From assembly GCA_004524725.1 (NCBI GenBank), contig SDNW01000004.1:1-45092 (forward strand): 45,092 nt of DNA. The letters run 5' to 3'. Below the pieces are notes generated by a model, which saw only the letters and a list, made by a program, of their open reading frames with translations, had not been told where the DNA came from and searched no databases. A program made the translations under genes and the position numbers. Positions 38,133 to 45,092 of this stretch are shown piece after piece; within the stretch, counting starts at the first letter, position 1; each line of letters starts with the position of its first letter. This stretch comes from Promethearchaeota archaeon. Lineage in GTDB: Archaea; Asgardarchaeota; Lokiarchaeia; Sigyniarchaeales; SOKP01.

Positions 38133-39494
38133 TTAGACAGACGTAAATTCAGTTTTCTTACCGATGCCAAATAATCCTAAGGCTACACCTAATTCTTTAT
38201 GATCCTTAGCATATTCTCTCACAGGAATGCCTTCCATGACAGCATCAATTGCTTGTCTAAAAGCTTTTGCTCCAGCTATTGGGCCATCTGGGTGTGCATG
38301 TATTCCTCCTCCGCTACCAATCATGATATTTGTTCCTAAGTCTTGAACACATTTTTCAACTAAACTCTGAGTGATCCCGCCGGAGGGCATCGGTAAAGTT
38401 CTTTTAATATGAGGTGCATTCCGCATAGGCATAACCATTTGTCTAGCAGTTTCTTTGAACCTATCTGCAGTTGTGGGTGCTTTACCATAAGGAGCTGGAT
38501 GTACAATCGTATCACAACCTGCCAGTCTTCCAAACTTTCCCAGAATTAATGGACTTGAAATACCACTAACGGGATCTTGGTAAAATGCACCTGCTAAATC
38601 CATATGGCCTAAGATAGGTACCTTAACGGAGGGGTCTTCTGCTAACTTTCTCAAGGCAGAATATCCTGTAGAGATGTGATTAACCATTATCGCATTAGCT
38701 CCGTGTTCTTGTACTATGTCTGCTAATTCAAACATGCGTTCTACTCTATCAGTTATATTCACTGTATAAAGGGTTTTTTCTCCCTTCTCCGAGTCTGCTT
38801 TATCCAAAGCTTCCATGAAAGCGGTTACTCGTTCTGTGATCGGATTAAAATCTACATCTGCGATTAGTTCATCATCCTTAATTATATCACAACCGCCTAC
38901 TGCGGCTTTATAAGCGAGATCTGCACCAATCTTAGGATCAGAGTAGACGCAAGGCTTTATCATATTATTTAGTAGAGGACGCTCTTTTACACCTAAAAGT
39001 TTCCTTATACCAACATCTCCAAATTTAGGACCTTTAAATTCTTTTAAGAAAGCTTTCGGAAATCTGACATCAACCATTTTAAGTGGTCCACCCATAGAAA
39101 TATTTCCGTATATAGTAGTAAACAGCATTGGAAATTGAGGCTTAAAATTTAAAGGAAACGCTATTTGTACTACATATTGATGCATTTTGGGATTTCCAAA
39201 GAAGTCTTCGGCTCCTTCATATTCGAAATCTGGGAATCTCCACCACCCAATTACTTTTGCTACATGTTTTCTTCTTTGTTCAGGTGTTTCTGCGGGAACA
39301 GGGACGAATGTACCTGTTGATTGTTCAACACAAACTGCCTGCATCATATAGAACGCATCCATTTTCCTATGAAGCATTGCTGTATATGTAGCAATGATAT
39401 GCGTTTCATAATCGATATCTTCGGGAAGAGCATTGGGTTTTGAAAGATTTTCCAAATCAAAATCGTCAAATTCGGTTGGAATTTTTTCTTCCAT
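38133..39494 (-). CDS. RuBisCO-like protein (form IV); GTG 39503 alternative start
   Basis: EQSTGT, GPKFG, IIKDDE, YGK loop 6, PSGG, GGGIHAHPDG; IKPC instead of IKPK and GHMD instead of HRA. Confidence 0.88.
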   Translation of the reverse strand: MEEKIPTEFDDFDLENLSKPNALPEDIDYETHIIATYTAMLHRKMDAFYMMQAVCVEQSTGTFVPVPAETPEQRRKHVAKVIGWWRFPDFEYEGAEDFFGNPKMHQYVVQIAFPLNFKPQFPMLFTTIYGNISMGGPLKMVDVRFPKAFLKEFKGPKFGDVGIRKLLGVKERPLLNNMIKPCVYSDPKIGADLAYKAAVGGCDIIKDDELIADVDFNPITERVTAFMEALDKADSEKGEKTLYTVNITDRVERMFELADIVQEHGANAIMVNHISTGYSALRKLAEDPSVKVPILGHMDLAGAFYQDPVSGISSPLILGKFGRLAGCDTIVHPAPYGKAPTTADRFKETARQMVMPMRNAPHIKRTLPMPSGGITQSLVEKCVQDLGTNIMIGSGGGIHAHPDGPIAGAKAFRQAIDAVMEGIPVREYAKDHKELGVALGLFGIGKKTEFTSV

Positions 39495-39541
39495 TATAGT
39501 CACATTTTTCTTTTAATTTAATATAATAAGTTAAATCATTC

Positions 39542-39566
39542 ATAACCAAATAATATTTTTGGTTAT
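39542..39566. promoter_or_regulatory. Perfect 9-bp inverted repeat upstream of RLP (operator or hairpin)
   Basis: ATAACCAAA-N7-TTTGGTTAT, just upstream (minus strand) of a TTATTATAT box at 39521-39529. Confidence 0.5.
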
Positions 39567-39650
39567 AGAAGTAAGCGGATTTGAATCTTATTCCTTGAAA
39601 AATTGATTAAAAAATAAGATAAAATATAAAAAAAAATAAAAAAATTAAAA

Positions 39651-40754
39651 TTATTCTTTAGATTTAGCAGCTGCCTTTAGATTAATATAAGTATTTTCCA
39701 AAACGTTAAGATATTCGATTAAAACCTGATCTGCTTTTGACTTCTTCTCATACTCTTCCTTAATGATGTTAATCAGATATTTCGGAAAGATGAGTTCCAC
39801 ATAAAAATCAGATAGAAGAGCATAATATTCATTGTTTCTGTCATCTTGAAATACTTGAATCATTTGGCTCTCCCAAAGCATCTTTAATACCTCATCAACA
39901 TCGTCAACGCCTTTCTTCTTGAGTTTTTCAAGATCATTTCGGGTGACGATTGCTGTACGTAATAAGCGTAGAGTTTCATAGACTTGAGGGTTAATTAGCA
40001 CGTCGATTATGGTGAGATTATCGTTTTCTGATGGCCTATAATTCTGGAAAAACTTTTTGGTTTCAGTTCGATAATCTTCTACTAGTTGTGACGGTAAACC
40101 TCTATCAGCAGGATCTTTTAAAAGTTGGACAGGAGGAATCCTCATCATTATAATATCATTGGTAAGAAAGATCAATTCCGAGGGCATTCCTTTAACCGAC
40201 GCTTCTTTGATTATTTCACGTTTAATCAACTCAATTAATACTCCTTCTAAATCAACGAATCCTTGTTTATATCTGTCTTTTAACCATACCATCAATTCCG
40301 ATTTGGATACAACTCCTTCTTCTCGTAAGCGATTGATGATCATACGTTTAATCTCATCTTGATAAGTCATCGCTAAGCGTTGTTCGGCATTTAATGTTGG
40401 ATATACTGATAACCTTCTGAAAAGTGAGGGAATTAATTGAAGATAAGCCTCGTCCTCAAGATTTTGAAGGATAATTCTTGAGGTATCTGCGAGACCACCC
40501 TCGTAAGCATCAGGATCATCATCCAAATTCAAGAGAAGAAGTATATAGTATCCCTTCTCTGGTCCGGTATAATATGATGCAATGTTTAACGAACCAACCA
40601 TTAAACTAATCATGCCCGATTCTCCGCTATATTCGTGCGTGCTATATACTTGCATTAAAGTTTTATCCGTGACCGTAATTTCTTCCGGATATTTCGCTAA
40701 AATTTCAGTTCCGACACGTTCATCCCATTTCATTAATACTAATCCTACTGGCAT
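39651..40754 (-). CDS. Cytoplasmic protein with N-terminal longin/uDENN-like domain and C-terminal winged-helix-like repeats (NPRL2/DENN-like)
   Basis: MPVGLVLMKWDERVGTEILAKYP resembles the uDENN/NPRL2 start (hhhhxFDxxxGPxhxxxxP); later wHTH-like segments (VSKSELMVWL...VLIELIKREII; VTRNDL...VLKMLWESQMIQVF). Confidence 0.65.
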   Translation of the reverse strand: MPVGLVLMKWDERVGTEILAKYPEEITVTDKTLMQVYSTHEYSGESGMISLMVGSLNIASYYTGPEKGYYILLLLNLDDDPDAYEGGLADTSRIILQNLEDEAYLQLIPSLFRRLSVYPTLNAEQRLAMTYQDEIKRMIINRLREEGVVSKSELMVWLKDRYKQGFVDLEGVLIELIKREIIKEASVKGMPSELIFLTNDIIMMRIPPVQLLKDPADRGLPSQLVEDYRTETKKFFQNYRPSENDNLTIIDVLINPQVYETLRLLRTAIVTRNDLEKLKKKGVDDVDEVLKMLWESQMIQVFQDDRNNEYYALLSDFYVELIFPKYLINIIKEEYEKKSKADQVLIEYLNVLENTYINLKAAAKSKE

Positions 40755-43700
40755 TAGAAATTACCTCCTTCTGATTCTGGTATTTCTGGCATTTTTTTAC
40801 CTTTTTTCCGTTCAACACCAAGTATATCATTTAAGGATAACCCTAACATCTCCCATCTATCTCCAAGTTCTTTGACGATATATTCTTCTTTTGATGGATA
40901 TAATAGTGAATCTGAGATTGATTTTCTGCCTTTTATATTCTTACTCATCGCTCTCACTCTCTTGACGAAAGTAGGAATTCTCGCTTTTTGTATAGTACGA
41001 TATGCTACAAGGCTTCCGACCACTGCCACTGCTGCTCCAACAATCATTAAGAAGTAGAACATTGGAAAACCAGGGAAAATTTCTACTAATCCAACAACAA
41101 TTGATAGATCAACTTCTTCAGAATAGTAGTACTCATTATCCAACGTGATGGTAGCTCCAATGGTTTGCGATAAGAAAAATGCATCTGGGAAAATTGTTGC
41201 ATCAATCGTTATTGAGTAAGTACCGTCACCTTCATCGGTAAAATCAAATGATTGCCCTTGGAGGGTGATAGATACATCCGCACCGATAATTGCACTGCTA
41301 TTTATCGTATCAGTTAAATCTAAAGATATCCTTAAATCATTTCCAGAAACTGTAGTAATAATATTGCCTAATGGAATGTTAACATCGAATTCGCGCGGAA
41401 TTATGTTCAGTATTAAGATTCCTCCTCTCTGAGCATAATTTTCCTTTTCAATATTAAAAATAATTGTATAAACTGCGATGTCTTGAGTTTCCGTGTCAAA
41501 ATCTAGAGCATATAATCCGTTTCCTAAGTCATCTAAGACATCAGCACCGCTATCAACAACACTTCCACTTACTTCTTTAGTCCATTCATAGGTTTTCAAT
41601 TCACTTCCTCCTAATCCTGAACCTGAACTTTCTTCTTCATAAGTAAAGTAAAAAATACTTTCTTCTCTAAATGCGACGTCGACTGTCTTGTATATACCAA
41701 CAGAATCATTAATTAATGTTTTGATGGCAAGTACATTAATTTCAACAAATATAGTCTGATCTTGATAATTCTGCCTGTCAGCAGTGATTTGAAGTGTATA
41801 TGAGTCGCTTCTTGGAAATAGGGAGGAAACCAATTCAAATCTGTAGGTTCCTGATGCGCCAGAAGGACTAAGAGATCCAACCAAAGTAGGAATACCAAGC
41901 ACGTAATATTCTACGTCAGCGCCAGTTATGGGATTATTTCCGCCAAAACTTACGTCCGTATAGCTTACCTCCATTATTAATGATTCACCCCAATAGGCTG
42001 TTAATTCGGTTTCATTGCCGACTAAAGTTGATGTTTTCGGATCAAGAATGAATGAAGTTGACACCTGCTTGGTTATGAATCCTGCTTTCGTAGCAGTAAC
42101 CTCAACAATATAATCATTTTCAGATACCCACTCCTCTCCACTAGGTTCAACTGGGTTTGCGGTGTTTATACTTAAATTATATAATCCACCTCCTAAGGGA
42201 ATGAATGACAATGTTAATGTATTAATTTTCTCAACTCCTGAAAAAACATTATATCTAACCATTGCTCCATCCATTGGATAATACATCGTTTCATTTTCCA
42301 CGTAAGTTAAATTGATTTGGAAATTAAGTGTATCACCTAACATTTGGTTAAAATCTGGATCAGGAAAAACTAAAAATTCCATGTTGGTTTCAAAACTCGA
42401 ACCAAAAGTTGCATTAACGATTGATGAGTTTGCTGTATGAAAGTAGAATGTTGTATTAACATTGCTGATTAGATCGAGATCTCCAACAGCCACAACGTTG
42501 GTTGAAGGGATTTCAAACCACTCAATTGAAAATGTTATGTTTCCATCTTGAGGATTAGTAAAATTAGCCCATCTGAAAATTAGTTCACCGTCATCATTAG
42601 CGTTTTCAGAACCAATAAGTTCTGACCCAGAACCATCATCCATCCAAAATGTTACTTTTGCTCCACTCAATCTACCTTTATAGTTATTTTGAGCGGTATC
42701 ATTGAATCGATTTAAGGTTAATGCCAATGAAGTCATCTGAATATTGGTAAACTCTAAGTAATATACACCAAATGTATCGACATTCGTTTCGTTCAGCTCG
42801 ATTTGTTTTGCTGTAGTCACAGTTAATGTTTTTCCATATCGAACATACGATACATTAACATCATATACACCTCCTTCTAAGCGATTAAAAATAGTTCGCC
42901 CATTTTCGTCGGTATCTTGATTCCAGCTCATTCCATAATCTGATGCATTCCATACGGTTACGGTGGCTTCTGGCACTAGATTATTATCGATATCGGTGAC
43001 ATTTACATCTAAATTATAAAAAAAACTATCTTGTTCATACATGTAGATGTTTGGCTCCTCTTTTAAAGTAAGTAGCATATTATCGAAATAATTAATCATA
43101 CCAGTATCATCTAAACTACCAGAAGTATTAACACTTCCAGCTAGTTCCCAGAAATTGATATTAAGCTTATAGGATTCATTTCCAACACTATTATCAAGAT
43201 CATTAATGGAGCCTGGTAAGAATTGCACTACTCCGCTATCATAGAGAACATCTCCTCTAAAGTATGAAATGCTCATATGAGCAGGATCTGATACTTCAAA
43301 GGCTTCTATAAACAAACCAATAGCATCTTTAGAACTATCAGGGGCATTATGGACAACTGTATAATTTTCTGAAACGAATCCTGCGGAAGTTATGTCCTTT
43401 TGCAGATTTCCATCATAAACATATAGTAATTCAGAATGATCGGATACACCGGTAAAATTAAAGTTGGTGTTTAAAGCAAACATACTGTCAGTTGTGTAAT
43501 TGAACTCGTTTTCGAAGTAAATCCTACGCTCTATACTCCATAAATTGTAGTCATAATAGAAAGTACAGATATCTTGGGTATGCATATCAAATGCGGTTGT
43601 CCAATCGATTTGATATCTGGAAAACACATCTCCAGTTATCAATGGGGTTATGATTTGAATAGTTGATGGCATAGAACCTAATTTGAAATCTTCTACTTCG

Positions 43701-45052
43701 TCATCAGAAAGATATTTATTATAAACCGCAACCTCATCGATTACTCCTTTAAAATATTGGTTGATGTGTTCAGAGGCTCCAATTGTGAACGGACTCCCGT
43801 CCGCTTCATCTAAATCTGAAGCTCCATTCCATGCAGAGCTTGAAATCCATGGTAGGTTATTAATTTTCACTTCTGCTGTACCACTATCATATCTGAAAGC
43901 TATAAAATACCATCCTCCTGATGTAGTTATTGTTCCTGCGGACCCAAAATCAGCTTGGGTATCTCTTGACTCGGTATCTAAATACACATGAATATTACCT
44001 TCATTATTAACTCCGATTTCGAAGTTATCATTTTTAGGATCACTTGCTTTTGCTGCAATTACATTCTCAGTTTGATGGTTCGTAGCGCCTCCACTAAGAC
44101 TACTGGGATTTATCCAAGCACAGAAAGTAAATTCCGTACTTGCACCATCTAAAGGATCTCCAACATCTTCCAGTCCATTAGCATAACTCAAAAAATCATT
44201 TCCATCAAATTCTAATCCAGATCTTACTTTTCCATCGGTAAAAGTTGGATCCCCGGTAGGAGTTCCATCAGGCTCATTTCCTGAAGAATCTGAATAAGAA
44301 TCCTCAAAATGTGCCAAGAATTTTAAACTTGGATCCGCTAATTCTTTCTCTGGAGATAGAGAATCATCCAAATGGAAATCTAATCCTTGTCTTACGAGTT
44401 GGGTACATGCCAAACCAGTTTTCAATACCACTTGATATTCCGTTCCAACTGTGACCGTAAGGGTCCCAGAAGAATAAATACTGGCGAAGTTGGTATTATA
44501 ATCTATTGTTTCTATATCGTCATCATTTTCATTATAATAGAGAAAGTAAGTCATATTTGAATTCGCAGAGACGTTTGCAATAAAGGTTATTGTACAAGAA
44601 TCAACATAATCGCCAGTACTTGGCGTACTATTCCACATTTGCATGGGAATTGGGTCACTCCATTCATCGTTGCCTGTAGCATTAAAACTAACAAGTCTTT
44701 CTGTATTTCGATAATGTTCATTAGCTCGAAAAGTGAAATAAACATCAATTGGTTGATATCTATCTACTCCTTCAGTTTCTTCTAAAACAAATCCTATGCG
44801 ATAACGATAAGTTTTATTCCACCAAATTGAAAGATCATATTTATCTCCAATGTGAAATACATCAGATGGTTTTGGTTCAAGCTCTTCAAAATCTTGCGGA
44901 TTATCAACTATGTCTTCGAAATCTGTTGGTGACTCAACTGTAGTTGGTGAAACTCCGGGATTTAAGTTAAATATCGAAAAGCATGTCGGAATTATAAAAA
45001 GTATCAATAAGATAGCTAAAGTTGTTAATTTTTGTCTTAATTTTGTATTCAT
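40754..45052 (-). CDS. Large (1432 aa) cell-surface glycoprotein: signal/TM, DUF2341-like, LamG/concanavalin-A-like, Ig-like repeats, C-terminal TM and cytoplasmic tail
   Basis: Hydrophobic N-terminus; WWNKTYRYR...YFLYYN; LamG motifs DSSGN, GLEFDG.D, FTFCAWINP, WYFIAF.YD, TIGA...FKGVIDEVAVYNKYLS; >20 NxS/T sequons; TM FYFLMIVGAAVAVVGSLVAY followed by a basic tail. Confidence 0.88.
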   Translation of the reverse strand: MNTKLRQKLTTLAILLILFIIPTCFSIFNLNPGVSPTTVESPTDFEDIVDNPQDFEELEPKPSDVFHIGDKYDLSIWWNKTYRYRIGFVLEETEGVDRYQPIDVYFTFRANEHYRNTERLVSFNATGNDEWSDPIPMQMWNSTPSTGDYVDSCTITFIANVSANSNMTYFLYYNENDDDIETIDYNTNFASIYSSGTLTVTVGTEYQVVLKTGLACTQLVRQGLDFHLDDSLSPEKELADPSLKFLAHFEDSYSDSSGNEPDGTPTGDPTFTDGKVRSGLEFDGNDFLSYANGLEDVGDPLDGASTEFTFCAWINPSSLSGGATNHQTENVIAAKASDPKNDNFEIGVNNEGNIHVYLDTESRDTQADFGSAGTITTSGGWYFIAFRYDSGTAEVKINNLPWISSSAWNGASDLDEADGSPFTIGASEHINQYFKGVIDEVAVYNKYLSDDEVEDFKLGSMPSTIQIITPLITGDVFSRYQIDWTTAFDMHTQDICTFYYDYNLWSIERRIYFENEFNYTTDSMFALNTNFNFTGVSDHSELLYVYDGNLQKDITSAGFVSENYTVVHNAPDSSKDAIGLFIEAFEVSDPAHMSISYFRGDVLYDSGVVQFLPGSINDLDNSVGNESYKLNINFWELAGSVNTSGSLDDTGMINYFDNMLLTLKEEPNIYMYEQDSFFYNLDVNVTDIDNNLVPEATVTVWNASDYGMSWNQDTDENGRTIFNRLEGGVYDVNVSYVRYGKTLTVTTAKQIELNETNVDTFGVYYLEFTNIQMTSLALTLNRFNDTAQNNYKGRLSGAKVTFWMDDGSGSELIGSENANDDGELIFRWANFTNPQDGNITFSIEWFEIPSTNVVAVGDLDLISNVNTTFYFHTANSSIVNATFGSSFETNMEFLVFPDPDFNQMLGDTLNFQINLTYVENETMYYPMDGAMVRYNVFSGVEKINTLTLSFIPLGGGLYNLSINTANPVEPSGEEWVSENDYIVEVTATKAGFITKQVSTSFILDPKTSTLVGNETELTAYWGESLIMEVSYTDVSFGGNNPITGADVEYYVLGIPTLVGSLSPSGASGTYRFELVSSLFPRSDSYTLQITADRQNYQDQTIFVEINVLAIKTLINDSVGIYKTVDVAFREESIFYFTYEEESSGSGLGGSELKTYEWTKEVSGSVVDSGADVLDDLGNGLYALDFDTETQDIAVYTIIFNIEKENYAQRGGILILNIIPREFDVNIPLGNIITTVSGNDLRISLDLTDTINSSAIIGADVSITLQGQSFDFTDEGDGTYSITIDATIFPDAFFLSQTIGATITLDNEYYYSEEVDLSIVVGLVEIFPGFPMFYFLMIVGAAVAVVGSLVAYRTIQKARIPTFVKRVRAMSKNIKGRKSISDSLLYPSKEEYIVKELGDRWEMLGLSLNDILGVERKKGKKMPEIPESEGGNF

Positions 45053-45092
45053 AGATAATTACCATTTTTTTAATTAAATTTTTGCTTGAAAT

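Noticed and set aside
24589-39494. Complete AMP phosphorylase / R15P isomerase / RuBisCO pathway cluster
   Set aside because: Genes are 12 kb apart on opposite strands, no isomerase is in the window, and the RuBisCO homolog has form IV substitutions
139-44943. Numerous short antisense or alternate-frame ORFs (e.g. 139-375, 2940-3377, 13800-14360, 16661-17065, 18425-18610, 29518-29844)
   Set aside because: They overlap well-supported genes and have no motifs; typical shadow ORFs

Overview
AT-rich (~30% GC by eye), gene-dense archaeal window. Its content points to an Asgard archaeon of the Lokiarchaeia/Promethearchaeota type: a gelsolin-domain protein, longin-like proteins, HEAT+LRR paralogs, AMP phosphorylase, a giant LamG surface protein, and selenoproteins with a eukaryote-like SECIS. 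The taxon is inferred from gene content only. The ORF track misses or fragments several real genes. (1) An hdrA-mvhD/vhuD operon (18509-20972) carries four in-frame UGA codons at conserved Cys positions (selenocysteine). It is followed by one AUGA...AA...GA SECIS-like hairpin whose AUGA core contains the mvhD stop codon. (2) An ABC-permease/CPBP-protease fusion runs off the window start. (3) A 2x[4Fe-4S] delta subunit has no canonical start codon. Other highlights are a 2-oxoacid:ferredoxin oxidoreductase operon ending in an FrhB-PyrK fusion, next to LutAB-like and split UxaA/SuyAB-like genes; a form IV RuBisCO-like protein; and a large surface protein overlapping (TAATG) a longin/NPRL2-like cytoplasmic gene. 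No rRNA, tRNA, CRISPR array or mobile element was recognised.
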